DNA of 64,000 nt from SAR86 cluster bacterium (GCA_003331605.1 QOPD01000003.1:11716-75715); one strand, 5' to 3'; counted from the first letter of the stretch, positions 39,813 through 50,708 are shown. A program made the numbers and translations. The notes: generated by a model from the letters alone, not told the origin.

Positions 39813-40500
39813 GATAGTAACTTTTGATACAGAAACAACAGGACTCGACTACAAGTCTGGTGATAGAGTTATTGAGATTGGATTGGTTGAAATTATTGGC
39901 AGAGAAAAAAGTAAGAAAACTTTTCAGACATACTTAAACCCTGAAGGAAAAGAAATTAGCGAAGGAGCTAAAGCCATTACAAATATTTCCGATAGTGACT
40001 TAGTAAATGCACCAAAGTTTGCAGAAGTGGTAGATGATTTTATTGATTTCATCAAAGGTGCTGAGGTAGTTATTCATAATGCAGAATTCGATGTTGGCTT
40101 CATTAACAATGAGTTAAAAATCATTGGCCACTCTATCAAAGACATTAGAGATATTTGTACAGTTTTTGATACATTAATTCATGCTAGGAAGGTTTATCCA
40201 GGTCAAAAGAATTCTCTTGACGCGCTATCAAATAGATTGGATGTAATTGGTTACGATAGACAATTTCATGGCGCATTGCTCGATGCGCAGATATTGGCAG
40301 ATGTTTACTTAAATCTAACTGGTGGACAAGTGAAGCTTGAGTTAAGCTCTGAACATAAAGAAGTTGAGAATAATATATCTACAGATACAGACATAAAATT
40401 TAATGTCAAAAAATTTACAGCGAAAGGTGAGGATCTATCTAGTCATCAAAAAATATTATTGGCAATGTCAGAAAAGAGTGGGGAGAAAATAAATTGGTAA
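39802..40500 (+). CDS. dnaQ: DNA polymerase III epsilon subunit
   Basis: DTETTG, HNAEFD, HGALLDA, TGGQ. Confidence 0.96.
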   Translation: MSARIVTFDTETTGLDYKSGDRVIEIGLVEIIGREKSKKTFQTYLNPEGKEISEGAKAITNISDSDLVNAPKFAEVVDDFIDFIKGAEVVIHNAEFDVGFINNELKIIGHSIKDIRDICTVFDTLIHARKVYPGQKNSLDALSNRLDVIGYDRQFHGALLDAQILADVYLNLTGGQVKLELSSEHKEVENNISTDTDIKFNVKKFTAKGEDLSSHQKILLAMSEKSGEKINW

Positions 40501-41885
40501 AAACAAGGTTTGCTCCTAGCCCAACAGGTTATTTGCATATAGGAGGTGTCAGAACAGCTCTCTTTAATTATATTTATGCTAGAAAGTACAAAGGGCAATT
40601 TCTTGTCAGAATTGAAGATACCGATGCCGAACGCTCGAAAGAGGAATTCGTTACTGCAATACTTGATGGATTGGATTGGCTAAATCTGTCTCCAGATGTA
40701 GAACCAATCAAACAAAGCACAAGGTATGGCATCTATAAAAAGAATGCCCTTGAACTCCTTAACAATGGTTCAGCTTACAGATGTAATTGTTCACAGGAAA
40801 GGCTAGCAAATTTAAGAGCGGAGCAAGAAAAAAATGGATTAAAGCCAAGCTACGACGGGTTCTGTCGAGATAAGAGTATTGAAGATATTAATTCAGCTAT
40901 AAGAATTAAATCTCCCAAAGAAGGGGAAACTATAGTAAATGATGAGGTTTATGGAACAATTCATTTTCCGAACAAAGAGCTTGATGATCTGATTATTCTG
41001 AGAAGTGATGGCTCACCAACCTATCATTTTTGTAATGTCATTGATGATAATGAGCAAGGGGTAACCCATGTGATCCGTGGAGAGGATCATCTACCAAACA
41101 CACCTAGACAAATTCAAATAGTAAATGCACTTGGTTACAAGGGTTTTAGTTATGCCCATTTGCCACTAGTTTTAGGGGAAGATAGAAAGAGACTATCAAA
41201 AAGACATGCAGCAACTGATTTAATGACATACAAACAACAAGGTTATTTGCCAGATGCTCTAAAGAATATGCTGATACGATTGGGCTGGTCCAAAGTTGAG
41301 CAAGAAGTTTTTGCTATATCTGAAATATTAGACAGCTTTAACCTTACAGACATACAAAGGGCCGGAGCAGTATTTGATATTGGTAGGTTAAATTTTATCA
41401 ATCAAGAACATCTAGCTTTAAAGAACGACGTTGAATTGTTGCATTTAATTAAACCTTTTGCAGATAAAATTGATTTGGATCTTGATTCCCATCACGACCC
41501 TAAAAGGCTCATAAGGCTATGCGTGGGAAGTGGTAATAATCTAGAAGAGATTGCACATTTTCTAATACCATTTGTTAGAAACTATGATGAGTATTCAGAT
41601 GATTGTTATGAAAAATTTTTAATTGGATCAGAAAAAGTTTTAGATTTTTTTAATACTCAAATTAGCACATTAGATGAATGGAGCGAGACAGCAATCAATG
41701 AGGTTATTGATAGAGCTAAAACAGAGTTAGATTTACCAATGCCAAAAATAGGTATGCCCATGCGTGCTGCATTGCTTGGTAGAACCAAATCCCCACCGCT
41801 TGATGCAACCATCTACTTATTAAAAAAAGAACAGGTGTTAGAGAGAATTGCTCAGACTCTTAAAAAAATTACTGCTGAATGCTAA
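40494..41885 (+). CDS. gltX: Glutamate-tRNA ligase
   Basis: RFAPSPTG, HIGG, RLSKR. Confidence 0.96.
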   Translation: MVKTRFAPSPTGYLHIGGVRTALFNYIYARKYKGQFLVRIEDTDAERSKEEFVTAILDGLDWLNLSPDVEPIKQSTRYGIYKKNALELLNNGSAYRCNCSQERLANLRAEQEKNGLKPSYDGFCRDKSIEDINSAIRIKSPKEGETIVNDEVYGTIHFPNKELDDLIILRSDGSPTYHFCNVIDDNEQGVTHVIRGEDHLPNTPRQIQIVNALGYKGFSYAHLPLVLGEDRKRLSKRHAATDLMTYKQQGYLPDALKNMLIRLGWSKVEQEVFAISEILDSFNLTDIQRAGAVFDIGRLNFINQEHLALKNDVELLHLIKPFADKIDLDLDSHHDPKRLIRLCVGSGNNLEEIAHFLIPFVRNYDEYSDDCYEKFLIGSEKVLDFFNTQISTLDEWSETAINEVIDRAKTELDLPMPKIGMPMRAALLGRTKSPPLDATIYLLKKEQVLERIAQTLKKITAEC

Positions 41886-43572
41886 CTTTTGCATTTGGTC
41901 TTCTAAGATCAGCGTAGCCATAGTTTTTTCCATCGATAACGTGAATGCTTTGTGTGCTACCAATGGTGTCAGAGATTTCTATCGTATGGCCATATAAAGT
42001 TAAGATTCTTTTCGTGTCCTCGTTGATTGTTTTTTCAATCAGCAGATTATTATTTTGTGAGTCTTGGTGAATTCTTGGTGTCATGGTTGCCTCACCTATA
42101 TCCAAATTAAAATCCAAAACATTTAAAACAACCTGTAGGTTTATATTTGGGATTTGCGACCCACCTGGAGATCCAGTTATTAATTTAATTTCATTGTTTT
42201 TATCAAAGATAATTAATGGTGCCATAGTGCTCATAGGTCTTTTGAAAGGCTCTAATTTATTGGCTGGGGAGCTGCTTCTTCGTAAAGAATCATTTCTACC
42301 ATATTCATGAGCAAAGTTGTTCATTTGATTGTTGCCCAATATACCTGTACCTTCAATAGTTACTCCTGATCCAAAAGAGTAGCCAAGCGTATAAGTGACT
42401 GATACTGCATTTCCTTCTTCATCAATAATTGAATAATGAGTGGTATCCTTAGATTCAACATATTTCTTATCTAGGTCGTGCGTTCTGGAGGTTAATTTAT
42501 CTACGTTGGTTGCACGTTTAAGTTTAATATTTTTACTTTTGAGCTTGGCATATTCTTTCGAGAGTAACTTTTCCATAGGTATTTCATTAAATCTTGGGTC
42601 ACCAATATATTTTGATCTACTCTGCTGGCCATATTTCATAGCTTCAGCAAGTAGATGAGTATATTTAGCTGAGTTTGGTTGAAAATTTGTTAAGTCAAAA
42701 TTTTCAAGTACATTCAAGGAAGTTAATATTGCAACACCACCACCACTTGGAGCTCCCATGGTGAATATCTTGTTGTCGCGATATTCTATGGATATAGGCT
42801 CAGTAAATTCAACTTTATATTGCTCAAGATCAGGTTTTCTTATCAAACCTCCATTAGCAATCATTGCTTGCTCTATCTTTTCTGCAGTTTCACCTTTGTA
42901 AAACCCATCTCTACCATTCTTTTGAATTAGTTCTAAGGTTCTTATTAAATCTTCATTAAATATTTTTCCTCCTATGACGGCTTTATCATTTAAATATATG
43001 TTTTTTGATTCATCATCTAGCGTAAGAAACTCAGTATCTTGCATCGCCCAATATAGGTCTTGAGTGATAGGCACACCTGCATTAAGCAAGTCTATCGTAG
43101 GCTGAATAAGTTGAACTAATGGCATGGAGCCATAGGTTTCATGAGCTTTAATTAATCCTGCAACCGTACCTGGGACAGCAATTGCCTTATAACTCCTTCT
43201 TGTTTGATTGTAATCGTGAGTATTTAACGACTTATCTAAGTATACTTCAGGGCTAGCCAATTCTGGCGCCATAGATCTGAAATCTAGAGCGACTGTGACG
43301 TCATTTTTGGCATCGTAGATCAACATAAAGCCACCACCACCAATATTACCTGCTCTAGGGAGGGTTGCTGTCAATGAAAAACCAACGGCCACTGCAGCAT
43401 CAATTGCGTTGCCTCCTTGTGAAAGTATGTCAGCGCCAATATCAGACGATAGGTAGTTTTGTGAAACTACCATTCCTTTGTCAGATTGAGTTGGGTGGTA
43501 GGGGTGTGGATAATCTAAATAGCTAGCTGTAAAAACATTAAAAGAAAGAAACAGAACAAGTGCTAACCTCAT
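41869..43572 (-). CDS. ggt: Gamma-glutamyltransferase
   Basis: GGNAIDAA, autoprocessing DTTHYS, GSPGG; signal peptide. Confidence 0.94.
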   Translation of the reverse strand: MRLALVLFLSFNVFTASYLDYPHPYHPTQSDKGMVVSQNYLSSDIGADILSQGGNAIDAAVAVGFSLTATLPRAGNIGGGGFMLIYDAKNDVTVALDFRSMAPELASPEVYLDKSLNTHDYNQTRRSYKAIAVPGTVAGLIKAHETYGSMPLVQLIQPTIDLLNAGVPITQDLYWAMQDTEFLTLDDESKNIYLNDKAVIGGKIFNEDLIRTLELIQKNGRDGFYKGETAEKIEQAMIANGGLIRKPDLEQYKVEFTEPISIEYRDNKIFTMGAPSGGGVAILTSLNVLENFDLTNFQPNSAKYTHLLAEAMKYGQQSRSKYIGDPRFNEIPMEKLLSKEYAKLKSKNIKLKRATNVDKLTSRTHDLDKKYVESKDTTHYSIIDEEGNAVSVTYTLGYSFGSGVTIEGTGILGNNQMNNFAHEYGRNDSLRRSSSPANKLEPFKRPMSTMAPLIIFDKNNEIKLITGSPGGSQIPNINLQVVLNVLDFNLDIGEATMTPRIHQDSQNNNLLIEKTINEDTKRILTLYGHTIEISDTIGSTQSIHVIDGKNYGYADLRRPNAKVSIQQ

Positions 43573-45032
43573 CAGTTAATTATGGCTGGTAAGGCATAGG
43601 TTGCAAACAATGTTACTACAACGATGCCAGCAATATTGATATAAAAACCAGCTTTAATCATATCAGCAATTTTAAATTTTTCAGATCCATAGACTATAGC
43701 ATTTGGTGGTGTAGCCACTGGCAGCATAAACGCACAGCTGGCTGCTAATGCTACTGGTATCGCTAGCTGAGCTTTATCAAAACCTAAACCTAAAGCAATG
43801 GCGAACATGATTGGCACAAAAGTTGCTGTTGTGGCTTGGTTGGAGGTGACCTCGGTAAGAAATACGATCAACGTAACAATAATGAATATTAAAAATAAGG
43901 GATTGACATCACTGAATACTGAAAAAACTGAGCCAATCCAATCTCCCAGACCAGTTGCTTTAATTTGTGCTGCTATTGATAAGCCACCACCAAAGAGAAT
44001 GAGAATTCCCCAGGGTAAATTTTTGGTGGCGCTCCATTCAAGCAGACCTGCGCCTTTTGCTGATGGAGTAATGAATAGTGCTAATGCTGCAATGATCGCA
44101 ATACCATAATCGGTTAGACCTTCCAGTCCAGGTACCATTATTAATATTTTCCTAAAAATCCATGCGAAAGCTGTGCAGCAGAAAATAATAAATACTCGAC
44201 GTTCGTCTTCTGACACTTTACCAAGTTTGGCATACATATTTTGGAGTTCTTTCTTGGTTTCATTGGTGCCTGATATATTGGTTGGGAAGGCAACATTGGT
44301 TAATAACCACCAGCCTATGAAAAGCATAATGAAAGATATCGGTGTAGCGAGCAGCATCCAATCTAAAAATCCGACTTCAATCCCTTCATCTAGTAGCAAA
44401 CCAACAACCAGCACATTAGGCCCTGTGCCAACTATGGTTGCCATACCACCAATGGTTGCTGCGTAAGCTATCCCAAGCAGTAAGGCCGTTTGAAAATTAT
44501 TGAACTGGAGTATCGACTCTTGATTGGTTGTTGTTTGAACCACAGTGGCCACAGCCAAAGCAATTGGCAAAAGCATAAGTGTGGTTGATGTATTGAAAAT
44601 CCACATGCTCAGCAAGCCGCTGACCAACATAAAGCCACCTATTAAGTATTTTGAATCTGTACCCACTAACAGCAGCATCTTTAGAGCCATCCGTTTGTGT
44701 AGATTTACCTTCTCTATCGCTAAAGCAAGGATAAACCCACCTAGAAATAGAAATATATTGGCGTGTGCGTAAGGATTCGCTGCCAATTGAAAGGCATCTT
44801 TTGATGGAATATCACCAAATACACCCAATAATGGAAAAAGCGCTAAGGGGAGGAGGGCAGTTGCCGGTAAAGGAATTGCTTCGGTTGCCCACCATGTTGC
44901 CATTAAGACAACTACAGCTGCTACGTAGATTGCCTCTTTACTAAGAGAGTCAGTAGCAGGAAGGAATAGAAAAAATAGGAATAAAAAAAAACCAGCCCAA
45001 AAACCTATTGTCTTTGGACTGGTTTGTATCAT
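43572..45032 (-). CDS. DASS/SLC13 Na+:dicarboxylate(sulfate) symporter
   Basis: WWATEAIP, TEVTSN, MLPVATPPNA. Confidence 0.9.
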   Translation of the reverse strand: MIQTSPKTIGFWAGFFLFLFFLFLPATDSLSKEAIYVAAVVVLMATWWATEAIPLPATALLPLALFPLLGVFGDIPSKDAFQLAANPYAHANIFLFLGGFILALAIEKVNLHKRMALKMLLLVGTDSKYLIGGFMLVSGLLSMWIFNTSTTLMLLPIALAVATVVQTTTNQESILQFNNFQTALLLGIAYAATIGGMATIVGTGPNVLVVGLLLDEGIEVGFLDWMLLATPISFIMLFIGWWLLTNVAFPTNISGTNETKKELQNMYAKLGKVSEDERRVFIIFCCTAFAWIFRKILIMVPGLEGLTDYGIAIIAALALFITPSAKGAGLLEWSATKNLPWGILILFGGGLSIAAQIKATGLGDWIGSVFSVFSDVNPLFLIFIIVTLIVFLTEVTSNQATTATFVPIMFAIALGLGFDKAQLAIPVALAASCAFMLPVATPPNAIVYGSEKFKIADMIKAGFYINIAGIVVVTLFATYALPAIIN

Positions 45033-45043
45033 TCTAAGCTAGA

Positions 45044-47995
45044 TTAATATCTAACTCTGAAATCAAAGTAGAAGTCTCTTCTTGTACCTATGTCAAGGTC
45101 TCCCATGAAACCATATCTATAGTCGGCAAGCGGAGGTCTTCTGTCATGAAGGTTATTGACACCAAATCTCATTCTGACGTCGTTAGCATTGAGCTCAAAG
45201 TTGTAGTCTAAATAAGCATTTAGTCTCTTATAAGCTGCAACAGGTCTTAACCCTACATCTGGCTCAAGCACTATACCTCTACCTGTCTCAACAAAACCTA
45301 GTGCCCAATTACCTTTTTTGAACCTCAAAGTAGTTTTAGTTTTCTTCTTAGGATTCATCTCAATCTGAAGAAGATTACCAAGACCACCAAGTGGATAATC
45401 AGCTTCATCAATAAGACCTGAATCATAAGCTGCGGTTATCTCGTCAGCCAATCCAGCTGCATCTTGGGATTTCTTTCTTGTGTATGAAATTAAGTGCTTA
45501 AGTTCCAATGAACCCCAGTCGAAATCTGCATCATATATAAATGCGCCATCCCAACCAGCAACTCTTCTAGGCCCAAGGTTAACATAATTATTGTAAACGC
45601 TTGTTGCCTGACCGAATGGACATGCAAAACCTAAAGCTTCCATTACTGCGACTTCTTCTTCGTTAGGATCGTCTCTTGTTACAGCACTAAAGCCATCGCA
45701 ATCACCTTGCAATCTTCTAACTAAGTCGATGAGCATTGAGTTCTCTTCACCTAAAAGACCAACCGTTCTGTCTGAAACAATTTCCCAAATATCATACGTC
45801 ACGGTAAAATCGTTAAATTGCAAGACGACACCTGCTGTCTCATTAGAAGCCAACTCAGCTTTAAGGTCTCTACTTCCTACAGTGTTTCTAATGACACCAT
45901 ATCTACCATCACTATCCCAAAGAGTTGAGGATCCTAATCCCGCAGCTGTAGCTGCTCTATCAATATATACCGCAGCCCAGTCGTATCTAGTGTTAACTCT
46001 AGAGACTGTTAGCTCATTGATTGTGTATAAGTTAGGAGCTCTAAAAGTCTCTTGTGATGATGCTCTGAAAAGAATATTATCAGAGACAGTCCAACCTAGT
46101 GCATATCTTGAAACGCCTTCACCTTCAAAGTCGTTGTAAGCTTCGTTTCTATATGCAATTTGCAGATCCAATGCTTGTACTGCTGGCACATTCATTTCTG
46201 GTGATACCAGAGGAACACCTAACTCAACAAAATAGGAGTTAACTGTTCTTTTACCATCATTGTCTGGAGTTGGTGAGGAACCAACAACGTTTGATATGAA
46301 TGGATATGTGTAATCTGCTCTTGAACTCAAAGCACCACTGGATGATCTTCTGGTGTAAGTATTAGTTCCATCAAGGTTGGGATCTCTATCATCGAAGAAA
46401 CTATCGCTACGCCATTCAACACCTAAAAGCGCACTCACATTACCCGCAGGAACACTAAATAGATCTGGTCTTGAAACCTTAAAGTCAAATGTGTTTAATG
46501 TTCTCCCATTGTTTCTAAATACATTGATTCTTGCGGTATCCATAATTGCTTCTGAAGCTCCTGGTGTAAAGTCATCGTAAGCAGTTGGATCACCATCACT
46601 GTCGGGTCTGCCAAGAACTCCACCACCGTTGAAAGGGTTATAGAGTCCAGATTGTAGCAATGCATCGAACGCGGATGCACTTACCCTGTTATAAATTGTA
46701 TTATCAGAAAGTTCTTCATTATAGACATAGGCTGTATCGTAATCCCAGCCAGATGAAAGCTCTCCTCTGAAACCTAGCACAACTCTTAAATTCGATTTTT
46801 CACTATGAACAACTCTAGGTCCAAAGTCATTCAATCTATAGTTATCAAGCTGCAATGTTTTCCCAGTGAAGTTATTAGGATGGCTTGCTGGCACAACAAA
46901 TTTTTGTGCTGTCAATGGACTTGCTTGCTCTCTATCAGAGGTGTAGTCTGAATCGTAATAACCGAATTCCATAAACATTTCGTGACCGTTGTCTAATTCG
47001 GAGTTAACAAAAGTAAATACATTTCTTCTCTCCAATGCACCCAAATAATCCTTATCTGCGTACCAGTTGAATAGTATATTGCCTGCAGAATCGCTGGCTG
47101 CACAAACACCATCACTAAGCTGTAATATACATCTTGGATCGGTCCCAGGGTAGATGATAAATTCGCCGGAGCTGTCTGTATAATCTGCTCTTCCTGACAT
47201 ATCAAATTGTGCCCATGGTGAATTACCTGAGCAGTCTGTTCTGCCACCTAAAGAAGCATCGAAAACATTCCGATCACAAAAACCCATTACCTCGTCTTCA
47301 GAAGCTCTAATTCTATCTCTATCGTAAAAAGATGCATATGTAGATACATTTGTTTTGCCAAAATCTTGGCCCCACTTCAAGGTAACTGTGTGATCATCTC
47401 TGTTGTAGTGTTCAAAGTTTTTGTATCTGACTCTCATTTCGAAGCCTTCGAAATTTGTGTCTAGGACGTTATTAACTACTGAAGCCACAGCTTCCGAACC
47501 ATATATAGCGGCAGCACCATCACGAAGAATTTCAACTCTATCTAGAAGGCCTAGCGGCAAGATTTGAGTGTTAACACTTTCTACTGGCACAAAACTTCCA
47601 CCAATTTCTTCAGTCTGGTAACTTGCACCTGATACTAATCTTCTGCCATTAAGAAGTACGAGAGTATTACCGGTACCTAAAGATCTGATATCGAATGATC
47701 CAACATCACCTCTTGCACCGTTAATTCCTCCTGTGTCACCGGTTTCACCAAATTGGTTAATTCCTTGTTCAGGTAAGCTTGCTAGCAGGTCATCACCAGA
47801 ATCGACACCAAGGTCTTCGATGTCTTCAGCTGAGATTACAGTTACAGGAAGTGCTTCATTGATTTTGGCACCCTTGATCTGTGTACCAACTATTACAACT
47901 TCCTCTACGTCGTTTTCACCACCTGATTCTTGAGCGTTAAATGCTAAAGAAAAAGACAGCAATATTAAAATTAAATACTTAATTTTTGAAATCAT
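45044..47995 (-). CDS. TonB-dependent receptor
   Basis: EEVVIVG, NTLVLLNGRR, RVEILRDGAAAIYG. The ATG at 47995 has a GAGGGG SD. Confidence 0.93.
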   Translation of the reverse strand: MISKIKYLILILLSFSLAFNAQESGGENDVEEVVIVGTQIKGAKINEALPVTVISAEDIEDLGVDSGDDLLASLPEQGINQFGETGDTGGINGARGDVGSFDIRSLGTGNTLVLLNGRRLVSGASYQTEEIGGSFVPVESVNTQILPLGLLDRVEILRDGAAAIYGSEAVASVVNNVLDTNFEGFEMRVRYKNFEHYNRDDHTVTLKWGQDFGKTNVSTYASFYDRDRIRASEDEVMGFCDRNVFDASLGGRTDCSGNSPWAQFDMSGRADYTDSSGEFIIYPGTDPRCILQLSDGVCAASDSAGNILFNWYADKDYLGALERRNVFTFVNSELDNGHEMFMEFGYYDSDYTSDREQASPLTAQKFVVPASHPNNFTGKTLQLDNYRLNDFGPRVVHSEKSNLRVVLGFRGELSSGWDYDTAYVYNEELSDNTIYNRVSASAFDALLQSGLYNPFNGGGVLGRPDSDGDPTAYDDFTPGASEAIMDTARINVFRNNGRTLNTFDFKVSRPDLFSVPAGNVSALLGVEWRSDSFFDDRDPNLDGTNTYTRRSSSGALSSRADYTYPFISNVVGSSPTPDNDGKRTVNSYFVELGVPLVSPEMNVPAVQALDLQIAYRNEAYNDFEGEGVSRYALGWTVSDNILFRASSQETFRAPNLYTINELTVSRVNTRYDWAAVYIDRAATAAGLGSSTLWDSDGRYGVIRNTVGSRDLKAELASNETAGVVLQFNDFTVTYDIWEIVSDRTVGLLGEENSMLIDLVRRLQGDCDGFSAVTRDDPNEEEVAVMEALGFACPFGQATSVYNNYVNLGPRRVAGWDGAFIYDADFDWGSLELKHLISYTRKKSQDAAGLADEITAAYDSGLIDEADYPLGGLGNLLQIEMNPKKKTKTTLRFKKGNWALGFVETGRGIVLEPDVGLRPVAAYKRLNAYLDYNFELNANDVRMRFGVNNLHDRRPPLADYRYGFMGDLDIGTRRDFYFDFRVRY

Positions 47996-48106
47996 ATTGA
48001 GATCCCCCTCATTACTTAAACTATTCAACAATAAAAATGGCTATTTATCAAGTTTTTAAACGATTTTTGGGGTTTTCAGAAACTTAATTTAGAATAGTTT
48101 TTCTTT

Positions 48107-48182
48107 GGGGCCATAGCTCAGCTGGGAGAGCGCAACACTGGCAGTGTTGAGGTCAGGGGTTCGATCCCCCTTGGCTCCACCA
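48107..48182 (+). tRNA. tRNA-Ala(GGC)
   Basis: Acceptor GGGGCCA/TGGCTCC with G3-U70, anticodon GGC, CCA. Confidence 0.97.
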
Positions 48183-48202
48183 TTTATTTGGTGTATTTAA
48201 CG

Positions 48203-49576
48203 CTATTCCACAAATTTTGAAAGCCCTAAGCGGCGCTCTAGGTAGTCAATAATTTTTTCAGCCAAATCAAGCTTAGTGATATTTTCAATGCCTTCTAAAC
48301 CTGGGGAGCTGTTGATTTCAAGGACCTTAGGACCTTCTGATGATCGTAAAATGTCGACACCGGCTATATTCAAACCCATAGCTTTAGCTGCCTTTCTAGC
48401 AATTGATCTTTCTTCTTTGGTAATTCTTACTTTTCTAGCTATCCCTCCAGCATGCAGGTTTGACCTGAAATCGTCTTCTGTGGCTGACCTCATCATGCTA
48501 GCAACGACTTTGCCCCCAACTACTAACAGTCTTAGATCTGAGCCTCCAGCGTCTTTAACAAAATCCTGGACAATAAATGGTGCATTTAATCTTTGAAATG
48601 CGCTGATAACACTAGTTGCAGCTTTTTTTGTTTCTGCCAGAATGACACCTTTCCCTTGAGAGCTTTCTAGCAACTTTACTACCAATGGAGCACCAGTAGT
48701 TAGATCAACTATGTGTTTGGTATCACGGGGAGAGTTGGCGAAAGCTGTATCTGGCATTGGGATTTGATGCAGAGCCAACATTTGATGAGCTGCTAATTTA
48801 TCTCTTGATAGACCAATTGATGAGGATGAATTAAGACAAAATGTACCTATTGCTTCAAATTGACGCACAACAGCCATACCATAACGAGTTATGGATGAAC
48901 CTATTCGCGGAATAATGACGTCGTAATGAGGTAATGGTTTACCATCGTAGTGGACCTCTGGCTTGTCTGACTCAATATTTAAATAACACCGTTTGGTGTT
49001 TAATATTTCACAAAAATGATCGTATTTTTCAGCAGCTTCAATTAATCTTTGGTTGGAATAGTTATTTGGCTCAAGACTCAATATGCCAATACGTAAGCTT
49101 CGTCTGTAATCGTAATTTTTAGCTTTTTTATAACTATCAAAGCTAAGTTCGCCTTGTAAAAAACTTTTGTCTGCTGATATTTGGTATCCATCCAAAGCAT
49201 TTCTACCAATGATCATCTTGTATTTCATATTCTCTCGATTGGTTAAAGTTATTGGGACAGTTTTTTTAACTCCCCCAATGACAATGTCTGTTTCGATGAC
49301 GTATCTAAGTTCAGTTATGCCATTCGATGAAGTGACATTTCGTTGATCAATAATTTTTGCCGAACAAAAAATTGAAAATCTTTCATCCGAAGTAATGGGA
49401 TTGATGCCAAAACGCACCATCTGATTATTTGAGCCGAAAACCTGAATATTGAACGCATGAAGTGCAGATGTTTCAGCACCCGTATCTGTTTTAGCAATTA
49501 AGGCGGGTAAATTGAGTTTTGGTAAACTTATCCACTCTTCCCAACCAACAAAGTTATTTTTTTTCATCCAATTCAA
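48203..49576 (-). CDS. rimK: Fusion of a RimB-like retropepsin-type protease and a RimK alpha-L-glutamate ligase
   Basis: N-terminal GWEEW...AKTDTGAETSALHA...IGR; C-terminal ATP-grasp with IPRIG, FRSNLHAGG, EINSSPGLEGIE. Confidence 0.9.
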   Translation of the reverse strand: MNWMKKNNFVGWEEWISLPKLNLPALIAKTDTGAETSALHAFNIQVFGSNNQMVRFGINPITSDERFSIFCSAKIIDQRNVTSSNGITELRYVIETDIVIGGVKKTVPITLTNRENMKYKMIIGRNALDGYQISADKSFLQGELSFDSYKKAKNYDYRRSLRIGILSLEPNNYSNQRLIEAAEKYDHFCEILNTKRCYLNIESDKPEVHYDGKPLPHYDVIIPRIGSSITRYGMAVVRQFEAIGTFCLNSSSSIGLSRDKLAAHQMLALHQIPMPDTAFANSPRDTKHIVDLTTGAPLVVKLLESSQGKGVILAETKKAATSVISAFQRLNAPFIVQDFVKDAGGSDLRLLVVGGKVVASMMRSATEDDFRSNLHAGGIARKVRITKEERSIARKAAKAMGLNIAGVDILRSSEGPKVLEINSSPGLEGIENITKLDLAEKIIDYLERRLGLSKFVE

Positions 49577-49623
49577 TTTAATTAGAAGATGGGTATTATA
49601 TACATAATTAGAAAAAAAACATT

Positions 49624-50106
49624 ATGTCCGAAATCTCGCCAATAGGCTGGCTACACACGATAAGTGGTACGCTTGCGTTAGTGCTTGCTGCAAGGATAAT
49701 TTACAAAGATAAATTTATATCAGCCACTAATATTTTGGGCCAAAGTTATCTATTTTTAACTGCTATATCTGCTGGTACTTCACTTTTTATTTTTAACAAT
49801 GGTGGCTTTAATCTGGCACACCTTTTAGGTGTAATTACTCTACTAGCAATTGGAGGAGGGGTGTTTGTTGAAGCATTTAAGCAATTTCCATTTGCTAAGT
49901 ACTTACAGGCAATAAGCTATTCTGGAACTATTTTATGTAGTTCCATCCCAGCAATATCAGAAGTTTTTACTAGATTACCAGCCAGCAATCCGCTCGCTAC
50001 CAGCATATTTGATCCAATTTTGATTGTAAGTTTTGTGGTGTTATTTATTTTGTATCTAGTTCTAGTGTTTAACCAAATACACTGGCTTAAAAACCAAAAA
50101 TTTTAG
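49624..50106 (+). CDS. Hypothetical membrane protein (DUF2306-like)
   Basis: About five TMs, GWLHT and AHLL His motifs. Confidence 0.6.
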   Translation: MSEISPIGWLHTISGTLALVLAARIIYKDKFISATNILGQSYLFLTAISAGTSLFIFNNGGFNLAHLLGVITLLAIGGGVFVEAFKQFPFAKYLQAISYSGTILCSSIPAISEVFTRLPASNPLATSIFDPILIVSFVVLFILYLVLVFNQIHWLKNQKF

Positions 50107-50683
50107 GATCTGTTACTGAATCAAACGATTGGGCAACATCACATGAATTAAAGGGAATATCTTTAAGACCAACCTCAAAGTGTAGGTGTCTTTTATTGCT
50201 ACGTCCTGAATTACCCATCAACGCAATTTTATTGCCTTTTGTTAATTGTTCACCTGTGGACACGCTAATGGTGTTGGGTCTTAGGTGAGCATATCGAGTG
50301 AAGAATTGTCCGTGATCGATCACAACATGGTTGCCCCAACCACTACCACACTCACGCAATAGATTATTTCTTGTAAATGGATGCTCCTCGGGACATCCCT
50401 TTCTGACGTAAACAACTTTTCCTGCTAAGACAGAGTAAACGGGCACATCGTCAATCCGTCTATTTTCATTAATGAAATCAATGCCTTCATGTATTGCAGG
50501 AGAGTTATCAATGCCTTCAAATTCAAGTCTATCAGTGTATTGAGTTACATTAAGAAAGAAGTCCTCTTTAATTAAGGCTGTACTTGTGGTTTGAATTGGA
50601 GCAACCTCTTGTTCCTTAGAAGAATAATCACACTCTTCTGGGATAGTTAAAAAAGAGATTGTAAAAAGAAGGTATCGAAACAT
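50087..50683 (-). CDS. M23-family metallopeptidase
   Basis: HEGID, YAHL, GNSG, HLHFE. Confidence 0.88.
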   Translation of the reverse strand: MFRYLLFTISFLTIPEECDYSSKEQEVAPIQTTSTALIKEDFFLNVTQYTDRLEFEGIDNSPAIHEGIDFINENRRIDDVPVYSVLAGKVVYVRKGCPEEHPFTRNNLLRECGSGWGNHVVIDHGQFFTRYAHLRPNTISVSTGEQLTKGNKIALMGNSGRSNKRHLHFEVGLKDIPFNSCDVAQSFDSVTDPKIFGF

Positions 50684-50708
50684 AAAAAAAGGCGGGTTTC
50701 CCCGCCTT
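50684..50708 (-). terminator. Intrinsic terminator of the TBDR gene
   Basis: AAGGCGGG-tttc-CCCGCCTT with U7 on the minus strand. Confidence 0.85.
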
